Shown here in pieces: positions 34,604-45,870 of a stretch of 64,000 nt of DNA (the first letter of the stretch is position 1; every line of letters starts with the position of its first letter). A program made the position numbers and the translations under genes. Source of the DNA: Marsupella aquatica (lineage: Eukaryota; Plantae; Marchantiophyta); assembly GCA_973895155.1 (NCBI GenBank), contig OZ316892.1, positions 3,041,223 through 3,105,222 of the forward strand, given 5' to 3'. The notes beneath the pieces were generated by a model. It did not search any database. It saw nothing but the letters and a program-made list of their open reading frames with translations, and was not told where the DNA came from.

Positions 34604-37600
34604 TGTTAATAGATTGGTTCTTTTTCTCCTGATGCCTAAACCCAAGCAATGGAGCGTTGTGGCAAATGCAACTTAATTTCCTGTGTCGTAGAGCTCTGGC
34701 CTTTGCTGCTGTCCCCCATCTTTTCTCATTCACCGCTGAAAATGACTGCCTGACAGATGTTCATGTTGGATATGTTGGCAAGCTACAGAACATCCCGTCG
34801 GGCTCAATTCAAAGTGCTAGTCGCCATTTCCCATTGCAACACATGAGTTGGGATGGAAGAATTCCTTGTGCTGTCAGCACTGATGGTATGGGATATTGAT
34901 TGATGTGGTTTAGGCTGGATGCAATGTTGTGAACTAGTTTTGGGCCCGACTCAAAGTGTTTTGATTTTACTTTGAGCTGGACTTGATTGCAGATTGCAGA
35001 ATGATAACAGTATCCCTCTTGAAATTTTGCCCACAAAACGTTTCCTGTTTTTGAGCTCCCCTCCCTTCCACTCCTCTAAGTTTGAGTTTCTCTATGAGAA
35101 TGATGTTGCAAACACTCCAATAGCCAATCTGATCAGCATTGGCAGCTAAAAGTCAACTGCAACTGTTAAGGACATTTTAATGGAAATTGTCTAAGTTGCT
35201 TCTTTCTCTCCTGGTGAATTGCTGGACACCATAGAGAAACCAATCTGGCCTGAGAGGAATTTTTGAATACAAAAATAATTTTATGGACAAAGAGAAGAAT
35301 TCCAACGGATTCCACCAAGCTTGTCAGCAAGTGGCTACCAAATGGAAAACATATAGAAGAAGTAGACTGTGATAGTGAACACAAACATCCACTGTAAAAG
35401 TTGTTGACAAAATTCACCCATTGATAAACTTACCTGACCATGGACCAGTTTACAAAACTACCCAAGCATGGGGTCTGCAACTGTTGCATAGATTGGGAAT
35501 TAGTTATTCCTTGCTATTTTTGTCCAAACACACAGAGGTTTCCACATACAGTGTAGCATGCTCATCTGGGAACGTGCTTCACTGTTGTGTCCTGTAGGAA
35601 AATAAAAATACATTTATTGTATCTTATTAAGATGAATTAAAAAGTGATCCAATAAAGATGCCAATGAGAAGAAGCATCCATGGCAAAATTTTATAAAAAA
35701 ATTACCAAGAGAAAATACTTTGGACTCTGAGCCAAACTATATTTATACTTTCTGCAATAATTACAATAATTGCCCCACTGTATGGTTTTGGTATACCATA
35801 TATAATAGTGCAAAAGAACAAAAACAATAAGTGAAAGCACTACGTGAAAAGAGGCTGACGTCAGTATTCCCACAGGGTACAGTATGTTCTACTGTACATA
35901 CGTAGCAAGTATGTACAGAATGAGAGTTGGACATGAATTGTTTTTTAGGAGAAGGCTTAGTTTTTCTTAGATGCAACTGAAAGAGCACCAGAACCTTTTG
36001 TTTTTGAAAAACATAGATTTCTGTTGTAGCTCAGTTGTGGATGGGCACGCAGACCCACTGGAAGTCTTGTGATCCGAACCAACTGTAGAGTTTTTAGTTA
36101 GACGAGAATGACATAAGAATATTGTCAAGTGATGGTTGACACTGATCCCAGAGGGATGAGAAGTTGAAAGACGGGTGAAATAAATTCTGAAAATGTTACA
36201 AGGGTTGTTTCAAATAGGTGAACTTACAAAGAGTACACCGACATGAATGCTTACCACAGAAAACAATTACCTATGAAAATCAGCGGTCCTGTGCAGGTCA
36301 GGGGCTAACAGGGCTCCTATGAGCACATATAAGGATAGGGTCAATGTGGAGTGTGGTGGATTAGAAGAGTCTTGTAGTCAAATATTCAGCTGCACCTGTT
36401 GTGATGAAATCTGTCATAGCAATGAGCACTTGAGTTATAGCTTGGCCACATTAGCAACAACTTAGGCTAGCAGCAGAGGAGTAGTGTTTGCAATTCCAGA
36501 TTTGCAAATTTTCAGGTCCTCAATGTTTTGTCCTCCACAAACTTTGGATATGGTGCATAGTCAAGTGCAATGTGCAGCAAGTTCCCCTGTCCATCTCTCA
36601 GTAAGATGGTAAGTGTCACATGGAGACAACCTCTATGTTGTCTTCCAGACTGGCTTCCAGAAATGACAATTCATCCTGCCTGAACAGGTTATGTGATCAT
36701 AATGTCTTTGAGTCCCAAAATTGTGCTAGTGTCCCTTAAAGTGCCACTGTCCATGACAAAACCTGGATCCACCAGGTTTCACCATTTTTAGACCTTTCTT
36801 CCTAAAATTGTGGGGCAAAGTCTCACCATAGAGGAGAGAAATGTGAAAAAGTGAGAAGTATTTGACACTTCTCCTTTATATGGACAGTGGTGATTTAAAG
36901 AAAACAAGCGTGTTGTCTTCCAAAAAGTTCTACTTCAATCTGACCTTCCAAAAAGTTCTACTTCAGTCTGACCATTTATTGTTGCCTCCACTTCACCTCC
37001 ATGTCATAAAAGCTAAACTCCACCTTGTTCATTGGCATCTGGCTCATCCACTGCCACACCCCACCTGGACCCTGTAGGTATTCACACATAAAAATGTGAT
37101 AATATATGGGGTGCACTCATTGATTGAAAGAAAACAATGAGGTTTATTATGGTATGGAGCAATGTAATACACTGTATTTGTCATATTTTGATGTGCAGTT
37201 ATCTGAACCCCACCTAGACTAAGTCTAAAACCTTGAGAAATATGGAGTCTCAATGTACAGAAATTATTCAATCTCGTACCTGTAGCTTGTCAAAAATTCA
37301 AAACCAACTGTAGACAGAATTACTTCAATATTTCATAACAAATGTCAGGTGACTGTAAACTGCATCCAATGGTAGGCTCCTTATTGCATACAGAGCAAAG
37401 TCTACCTGGTGCTCAGCTGTACTACACTGTTGCCTTGTGCGACAGTGTAAGGCTGAGATGGTGAATTTGTAGCACCTGGAACTTTCACCAAAGAAATCTG
37501 GGCTGCTGCTAGAGAGTCACTTCTTGTCCTAACCATAGACTCAGACCAAGATTTTCTGAAATGATTTTTGTTTTGTTGAAGATCTGCTAGAGGAGTAGGT

Positions 37601-40600
37601 AACCTGTACTTCCATCAAAGTGATAGTGAATTTTTGGCCCTTTTTGGCTGAGTTTCTGATAAAAAAAAGGGGTAAATTACACAAGATTCATTTTCATTGG
37701 TTTAATATGAAATATTTGGGCTTGTGCTTTCTTTCAGTCTCCTCCTCCAATTGCCTTACAGTAAACTACTCATAATCATCAAGTTATGAGCCCCACTGTC
37801 CCATGGGCCAAAAACACCGTGGTCCACTTATCATTGTGTCCAACATGGTGGTACATCCTGGCTTCAATACTGGGCTCGCCAAATTTATTGTTTTGTTAAC
37901 TATAACCCTCTATTTGGATCATTGCACCTGTCTTTCAAGGCACGATTCACTCTTCATCAATGCTTTTGAGGATAGGTTTTCATACTTCTAGATTTGTATC
38001 ATGTACGTATTATAGAATTATTTCATGAAGAAAAGTCCCTAATGTGAAGACAAAACCTTCAGGGTTCCTTCTTTTCCACCTTTTACTGTCTTACAACTCT
38101 GAATGAATGCTGGACAAGAAACCAAATATGCACCGGTTTTCCCTTGTGTGAGCCCAACTGCAGTCACATCCCTAAAAAATAACCATATTCAAGACCAAAT
38201 TTCACCCCCCCCCCCCCCCCCCCCCCAACCAAGTAGAATAAGAATAAGAGAACTAAGTCATATCATAATTGAAGCTGGTCCTGATATCCAAAGCTCTTTC
38301 TGTAATCTGATGGGGATACCAAAGTCATTTACCACAACATGGCAACATGAGTAAGAAGAATTCTCACCTTAAATACTAGCATATGCAGAAAAGGGACAAC
38401 AAACGCAATAAAACAAGTATGCCAAGAAAGCGTCTCAACAGCACCTCATTGACTTTCTCATCAGCTGCATGGGTAATCAATGCCGGTGGAAGAAGGGAGG
38501 GAGGAGAATTTTTTTATTAGTGGTATGTGAGTGGGGGGCAGGATGACAACACGTTAGAGCTTAAGAACAATATTTATGCCGATTGCAACAACCACTAGAA
38601 TTTTTAAATTTTTAGATTGACACTACCTTGGACAGGAAGATAGTTGCTAACCTTTGGTGCTTAGTGATCTTCACTCTCTTTTAATGCCTTACAAACATTG
38701 ACATTTAGGACCATTGATGTCTTGATTGCTTGAGAGGGTTGCCAAGCTTTATAAATTATCTTCCTATTATGAATGATACGTTTTGGCTACTATATAACAG
38801 TAAGCTCTGAGTAACTGGCTAACATATACTATATTCTACAACTTACTAGCACATACGAAACCATCAGTATTTGCTAATCATAAAACTTCTATAGAGGAGA
38901 AGTAATCTCTACAATGAACAGTTCCAAGCCAACCATGCACGAGCACACAATTCAATGGCATAAAATCCCAACAGAAAGTTCCTGTTCCTCGGTTCTCAGC
39001 GAGAGCTAAAGTCTCGGATCCTCAACATTGTATGTCCTAGGTTCAGGACAGCTGTGACGTATATATAATAGGTCCTGTAGTGGACGAGCTCATAAATCAA
39101 CTTTCGGTGACTGTCCTCAACTCCTCATCAACCCGCAGTCTATTAAAGACCTCGAGAACCAGTTTCTGAGGTCCAGGAAAGTTGCAGGTCATTAATGTAC
39201 AGAGCCCATCCTCCATGGCATGATGATTCATTGTTGTGTGTCTCGTTCCTGGTCTTGGTCTGACAATCCGAGAGCCTCGGAGGCTTGACTCCCAAACTCC
39301 CAGATCCAAGAAAGTCGGAGGTCTTCGTCATATTATAATACATCCCTCGATCTAGGACATGGGGTCCACGGCTGTGCTGCTGCATAATGAGTTCAGTATC
39401 AATCCGGGTAATGGCAAGTCAATTTATAAAATATACGAGTCCCTATTTGACTTTAGCGGGTGCTTATTGTCTCCCGTCATCGTGTTCAGGACGAGCATGC
39501 TAGACACAAACTCGTTCTTCTTTATGTATCAAAGACCAGCTGAGAGAGATGCAGATACCAAGATACTAAGATGGGATCATAGTGTGAGCTTCTGACTTTT
39601 TTGTGTGCTAGCGTTTCTATAGAGGATTGCGAGCACCTGAGTTCTAACTTGACCGGAAGGTCTACTAAGGCTGAAAAGAGTTTAGAACTGAGCTCACCCC
39701 ACAAACTTCTGTTATGATGTGCAAGTCTCCCCTTGACTCAAACTGGTAACTACTTCTGAGGGCAGGCCACAAACAACATTCAATCCCAACAGAGGATGCA
39801 ATACTTCAGAGCGCATTTTGTTCATCATTTTTGGTAAAAGTGTGTCATCTGCTATCCATCAGAAAATGTTCATGGAGAAGCAGAGCTGGTCAGCTACTTG
39901 CCATCTTGGTCAAACCTCATGCAGGTCAAAAGAAGAACGATGACACAAAGAGATCCTAAGTCAAGCAGAATAAGCGCCACCGAAGTTGTTCAATTCCTTA
40001 TGATAATGATGCTTACATGAGAGTCAACAATAGATCCTGTACAAGAGAAGCACCGGAAGTGAAAGATCACTGGAATGTAATTGAAATCTTCATTTCTTTC
40101 AGAGTAATAAAACGAGATACACAGAAAAAATTGAATAACATTTTTGACTCTACGTGGAGTGTTGGTGCTGTTCTCGGAGGCAAATGGAGTAAATCTTTGA
40201 ACCCATCCCAAATTCTGAAAGTATGGAGGACAGAATATAACCGTGCCCAACGATGCAAAGAATCTTTTGGAAATCAATTTATAGCTGTCCTTAAATGACA
40301 CGAGAGTCAACAATAAATGCTGTACAGGAGAAGCACATCGAGTGAAATATCACCGATAATTGATCAAAACCGTGCTTGGCAAAGAAACCGAAAAGCTGAT
40401 TGATGAATGTAGCTACGTGACACTCCCTTCTATAGGCTTGAATACAGCCTCCTATCTTAATCAGAGATGTACAGTGGTAATGGGCACCCAAATCTTGGGT
40501 GATGTAATCGTTTTTACAATGAAGAAGTAAATGTGATGATCTTTCCAATGTGCAGTAACAAAAAAATCCCGAAGTAATGGCGATTAGTGGGCGTGATTCA

Positions 40601-40601
40601 G

Positions 40602-43600
40602 TTAAGCTGAAATAGGAGTGAGCCCCGAGACAGATGACATCATAGATGCATGAGTCTTTTCGTGGTTGCTCAGTGCTTCTACTGCACTAAACTGCCTATC
40701 GCAGATGTTGCATTGCACATACCTGAGGCTGAACTCCACTTCTTCGCCCCTAAAACCAGTGTCTTGACCTCCATCCAGGTCTTGGTTGTTCTCCTCGACT
40801 AGAGATGGATAACCTGCTGCATAGAGAGGAAAATACCCATCTTTTGGCTTTCCTGTGTCCAGCTCTGCATCGAAGTTGCTGCTCTTGACCATGCCGATAG
40901 TTGAAGAAAAATCAGGTGTTCCCTTTAAGTCAGTCTTCGTCGGCAGTGGTGCACACATCATATTCGGGGGCGGCATTTCGTATGCTTCAAGTTCCATATC
41001 ATCATCATTGACAGGGGCTGGGAGATTAAGATCCAAGAACTTCTCTTTCACTGGTCTCACTTGAGCTGCTGGTTGAGTGAACTCCTCGCTATGAGATTTT
41101 TCTGGTTTATGCACAGATTCCTCGAGCTTTGGAGGACCCCCTTGTTGAACAAACTCATCTTTATAGCTTCTGCTGTGTCCTCCAGCTCCTTGGTGTTGTT
41201 GAGCTGCAGTGGGCAGCTTAACAGTGTTGTTGGTGCTACTGGTTGCTTCTGACGAAGTAGCCTCTTTATTGTTGTAGTGGCATCTCTTATGGCCACCGAG
41301 GGCCTGTCCTGAGTTGAAGACACGACCGCAAATAGTACAGATGTGTCCCTTGCTCTTATTCCTGTTCCCGTTCATGATCTCACCGCTGTCCTCCTTGGAA
41401 AAAGCTGAAAACTGTCTCTCCCTTTCATCTCCTTCGCTCTGTGACTGGTCCTGGAGATCAGTGGGCAGCTGCTCATCGGACCTAAATTCTTCGCTGATCA
41501 TTTCCTCGTCTGGACTTTCCTGCGCACCATCGCTTACATTAGTTCTTGCAAAGCACCCTTTTACTTTCTTGTGGCTAGCTCTATGGCCTCCCAAAGCCTG
41601 GTGCGACTTGAAGACTCGCTTGCAAGTGTTACACATATACTTTGCCTTGTTACTTCCAACTCCCTGTTCACCAGCTTCACAATCGTCACCTCCCTCTTCG
41701 TTTTCCTCACACAAGCTGACATTATCCATCGAATCCAATTTCCCCTTCCCTTTGTTGTTGTGCACGAAATCCTCCTTCTGGGCGTACTCTTCGTCTTCGG
41801 AATCACTTGCATTCTCATTATCCAGCTGCTCATCTATGTCATCTCTTTCGGTCTCGGATAATGCGCTCTCAAGAGTTGGCTGACGGACTAATTCACAGCT
41901 AGAACTCCTTCCGCCAGCGGCCCCAGCCCCGAGCCAAAACTCCTCGTCTCCCTCCTTCAGCATCATGAGCCCCACAACGGTCTCGTGTTCCATTTCATCA
42001 TTTTCAGCTGGAGTGCTGAGAGGGACAGCTGCTGTCTTGGTCACTGTCTTGGTCACAGCCTTCAAGGAGCGGACACTTTGGTTGCGAGGACGCTTGGAGC
42101 GTTTGTTGAACAGCTGCCAATTGATACTTGAGCTGGATGGCTGCCTCTGAGCGTGATGCATGTAAGCTGCTTCGATGCTTTCTGTGTCACTCTCATTATC
42201 TGAGGCGCCACCAGCAGGAGCTGCTGCAGCAGCTGCTGCTTTTCCATGGCCAGTCAGGTCTACTCCGCCTCTTTCCTGCGCCTCGGACTCAGAATCCGAT
42301 TCTTGTGAGGCAGCAATGGGAAGAACTACATCTTTCCGACGTGAACTCGTGAGCTGCCTCTCAGCACTACTCGTCCCCTGCAGCTGCTTGTCCTTGGGAG
42401 GAACATCTCCAGTTGGAGGGCGAATTCCTCTCCAGGGGCGGTCGGGATGGCACCTCATGTGTCCGAAAAGAGCCTTCCAAGATTGAAACCGTTTGTCGCA
42501 TTCACTGCATTCATGCATATTACCGTCCGAGGTGAACATCGAGCTGGTCTTCTTGGCTGATGGAAGAGAGACAGCAGCAACAGCTTCTGCGGTGAAGTCC
42601 TGATCCATGAAGCGCCGGCTCCGCTTGGGATTTCGGCGAAGTCCATACAAGTAATGTGATTTCTTGTGGGAGTTCAGTTGCTTGCTATTATGGAACTCCA
42701 GATCACACACGTTACAGAAGTTGTTGTTACTGGCAGCGCCATCAGTTACACCATCATCCTCGGTCATCCCTCCCTCGTTATTTCCATCATCGTCTGAGCT
42801 GACACTGGGCTCCGGCTCCGCCATTGGGGCTCCTGCATTTTTCTCTTCCTGCTCCTCTTCCTTACTAAAATTATCAATCTCCTCTGCTGAGTTCTTGGGA
42901 GTGCCCTCCCTGTCCTGCTGCTTGCCAGTGCCCGTGCCCGCGCCCGCGCCCATACTGTGCTTTGACCGTCGCCCCCCAGCAGATCTCCCACTCTGAATTT
43001 CCTTTGCATTGCTCCGAGATCGCTTCGAGTACGGGGGGGCGCTACCTTCCTGCTTTACCACACTCATGGACAGAGCAGGATGTTCATTGCCACTGTTAGT
43101 GCTATTATTGAACAATTGTGAGCCATGATGATGTACCATTGACGACCCGCTCAGCTGGTTCTGCTTCTCCGTCACGCCATCTACTGCTGAGAAGACCTCC
43201 TCGGCCATAAGCGAACCGTGTGCTCGCATGTGCCCCCCCAATGCTCTACCAGATGAGAACTCCTTGGCACAGTGCTTGCAAATGTGGCGAGAATTGGAAT
43301 TGACCTGTAGTGAGGCCCCACGGCGACCAGAATCTGGACTAGAATCAAGATTCTCAGAGTCGCATCTTGGAACCTCCTTACCCGACTGATCAGCTTCGTC
43401 CTCCGTTGTTTCAGTAGCCGCTTCAAAGTGCATCCCGTCCAACCCATGGACAGCCTCGACAGCCTCAGCTGGTGGCTTCTTCTCGTCTTCATAATCAGTC
43501 TCCATTGCCACTGGCCCTCGTGAATTGGCAGCAGCAGCAGGCGGATACTGCGGCCAATGTTCAGCAGCCTGACCAAAGATCTTCACTGGCCCCTGTTTGT

Positions 43601-43904
43601 GCTCCTCCTCCAGCTCTTCCGATCCCTGCGATTGGTTACGATGGGGTGACGACGGGTGCTGACACGGTCCAAGCTTCTTGCCAAGTTCTTCTTCAATAGC
43701 TTGACCCCCGCGCACTCGTTGTGGCGCAACGGTTACGACCGCTTCTACATTAGTTCCCGCATCAGTTCCCGCAGAGGCGCTATTAGTGTCCATCATCTTC
43801 AGGCCCTCCGATGCCTTATTAACAACTGCGTTCGACTCAGTCGAGCTCTGACCGAAGGCCTGCAGCTCCCTCGCGGCCACGAGAGGCTCGTGAACCTCCA
43901 CCAT
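40602..43904 (-). CDS. DAZ1: C2H2 zinc-finger repressor, DAZ1/ZAT-like, six fingers plus EAR motif, intronless, 1100 aa
   Basis: First ATG at 43904. Fingers: CKHC..RALGGHMRAH, CNVC..NSHKKSH, CSEC..WKALFGHMRCHPDRPWRGIRPP (DAZ1/2 signature), CNTC..QALGGHRASH, CTIC..QALGGHKRCH, CNIC..SNHEKTH. EAR motif LDLNLP. Confidence 0.9.
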   Translation of the reverse strand: MVEVHEPLVAARELQAFGQSSTESNAVVNKASEGLKMMDTNSASAGTDAGTNVEAVVTVAPQRVRGGQAIEEELGKKLGPCQHPSSPHRNQSQGSEELEEEHKQGPVKIFGQAAEHWPQYPPAAAANSRGPVAMETDYEDEKKPPAEAVEAVHGLDGMHFEAATETTEDEADQSGKEVPRCDSENLDSSPDSGRRGASLQVNSNSRHICKHCAKEFSSGRALGGHMRAHGSLMAEEVFSAVDGVTEKQNQLSGSSMVHHHGSQLFNNSTNSGNEHPALSMSVVKQEGSAPPYSKRSRSNAKEIQSGRSAGGRRSKHSMGAGAGTGTGKQQDREGTPKNSAEEIDNFSKEEEQEEKNAGAPMAEPEPSVSSDDDGNNEGGMTEDDGVTDGAASNNNFCNVCDLEFHNSKQLNSHKKSHYLYGLRRNPKRSRRFMDQDFTAEAVAAVSLPSAKKTSSMFTSDGNMHECSECDKRFQSWKALFGHMRCHPDRPWRGIRPPTGDVPPKDKQLQGTSSAERQLTSSRRKDVVLPIAASQESDSESEAQERGGVDLTGHGKAAAAAAAPAGGASDNESDTESIEAAYMHHAQRQPSSSSINWQLFNKRSKRPRNQSVRSLKAVTKTVTKTAAVPLSTPAENDEMEHETVVGLMMLKEGDEEFWLGAGAAGGRSSSCELVRQPTLESALSETERDDIDEQLDNENASDSEDEEYAQKEDFVHNNKGKGKLDSMDNVSLCEENEEGGDDCEAGEQGVGSNKAKYMCNTCKRVFKSHQALGGHRASHKKVKGCFARTNVSDGAQESPDEEMISEEFRSDEQLPTDLQDQSQSEGDERERQFSAFSKEDSGEIMNGNRNKSKGHICTICGRVFNSGQALGGHKRCHYNNKEATSSEATSSTNNTVKLPTAAQQHQGAGGHSRSYKDEFVQQGGPPKLEESVHKPEKSHSEEFTQPAAQVRPVKEKFLDLNLPAPVNDDDMELEAYEMPPPNMMCAPLPTKTDLKGTPDFSSTIGMVKSSNFDAELDTGKPKDGYFPLYAAGYPSLVEENNQDLDGGQDTGFRGEEVEFSLRYVQCNICDRQFSAVEALSNHEKTHASMMSSVSGLTPISA

Positions 43905-45254
43905 GTCACTATAGACACACCACAAGCTCAACTACGAGCAAATGTGAACGATCCAAACTACGATTTCCACGCAAAAAGCTTCCTCGGCGCATCTACAATG
44001 GTGAAGGAATTATGCCTGTGGTGCATAGTTAGCAAATGTGTCGAGCTAAGCTGGTGCACAATTCGCTACTAGAGTACACCCGAACTCACTCCGATTCAGC
44101 TAGACTAGACACCGGCCGCCTCCTCCCTGTCTGTTTCGCAACTGCCGCTGAGCTGTTACATTCCTGTTCGTCCGCCTTCCGTTCCGATTCGGCCCAATTG
44201 CCAACTCCTGGCCACAGCACCGACAGAATTTCGATCCCGAATTCCCGTCCGATGCGCAGGCGTTCGCTTCCCCTAGTAAGGTGAAGTCACCGCCAACAGC
44301 GCACCTGGACTCAAGTCCCCCTTCTCGATCAAATCAAGCGTCAATTCGAATCCCCCCTTACTGCCGTGAGCTCAGCTACTGCTAGTCAGCGCAAGCTAGC
44401 AAGAAATGACGAGCCACAAGAAAGAATTTACGCCTTCTTGATCAGTGCGCGACACGCAGATCTCACAATCGAGCGTAGCTAGCGACCGCCTCCAGAGCTC
44501 AATTCCCCCACCTTGCAGTCCAAGCAAGACTCTATCTAGCTATTCCCTGCACTCAACCGAGCTGATCCCTTCAGATAACCCCTGCAAGCTCTGAACCAGA
44601 CTGCTGACCTCCAATCCTCACGGCTACAGAGATCACAGCTGAAAACCGCTCCGGAACCATCCCAGATGAGCTCACTAACACAGTCAATTGCAGTACCACT
44701 GCCAGCTCCCGGCTCCTGGCTTTGCAAGTCCTCCTCCAATCCCTCCTCTATTCGCAATCAATCGTAACCAACGAACGATCCCTTCTGCTGTGCCTCCCTC
44801 GATCCCTCCTTGGCCTCTCCAACGAACTCGACTTCACCCCTCCTGTTGCTTGCTTCCGTCCCGCAATCAAGCAATCAAAGCAATCGTCCACCAATCACCC
44901 AATCCCACCAAACTCCCCTACTCCGTCACACACCTCTCCGTTTCCCTCTCGCCTCCTCCTCCTCCTCGGTCCCTCCTCCTGCCTGTTACGATTCCAAGCG
45001 ATTGTTCGCTCCCTCCCAGCAAGTGGCAGTGGCGGCAGTACTCTTCTTCTCGCTTGCCCAGTCCACGAGAAAACGCGAGACGACGAGAAAGTGTGGAGCA
45101 GTGTTGTGGCTGCCTGCCGAGCCCAGTGAGAGCACTAGTATCATAACTGGAGCACAGCAGCAGCAAGCACGCACGCCAACAGCAAGCATCCCAGCCAGGC
45201 CCGCAGGAGCAGGACGAAGGCGAAGAACAAGTCGACGACCTGTTCATTCAACTC

Positions 45255-45870
45255 TCTCTACCCCACCCTCCCTTCCCTTCCCCTCCCTTCCCCTCCCAGG
45301 ACCCGACCCAACCCGACCTCACCCCACCTCACCCCACCTCAATGCACACAACAAAGCCCACCACCACCGAAACTCCAAAGACTCTCTCTCTCTCTCGCTC
45401 CGCTCCAGCGATTTAGTTATTCACCAGAGGACATCATTCTGCACGATAAAGAAAAAAACTTTTTGACCGCCTCCGTATAAATCCGCACAGCAGCAGCACC
45501 AGACAGACGCCGACGACAGATCTGTTGCTGTGCTGCCTAAATCCCGCGAGAACTCACTCCTCATCACTGAGGCACTGAATTTATGCTATTGTTAGCATTG
45601 AGTGAATGAGGGGAACATTCCACCCCAACGTCCCTGCCTCCCTGCCTCGCCCGTGTGCCTCTGCTGCCTCTGCCTCTGCCTCCGTGTCCTTTGTCCTTGT
45701 TCTCTGCCTGCCCCTGCCAATTGAGTCAGGCCCCTCCCTCCCTCCCTCCATCCCTCCACACCAGACGAGACGACCAGACCAGACCAGACACGAGACGAGA
45801 CGAGACGAGACGGAACGGGACGAGAGGGGACGAGAGGCGACGAGAGAGACAAGAGGGACGAGCAGAGAGG
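45255..45870. repeat. Pentanucleotide microsatellites in the DAZ1-like leader/promoter
   Basis: (CCCTT)n, (ACCCG)n and (ACCCC/ACCTC)n at 45260-45340; (CT)n near 45383; (CCAGA)n and (GACGA)n at 45760-45860. Confidence 0.8.

Noticed and set aside
38205-38226. C22 homopolymer (potential G-quadruplex on the minus strand)
   Set aside because: Simple repeat with no supporting context, and its length may be unreliable in the assembly.
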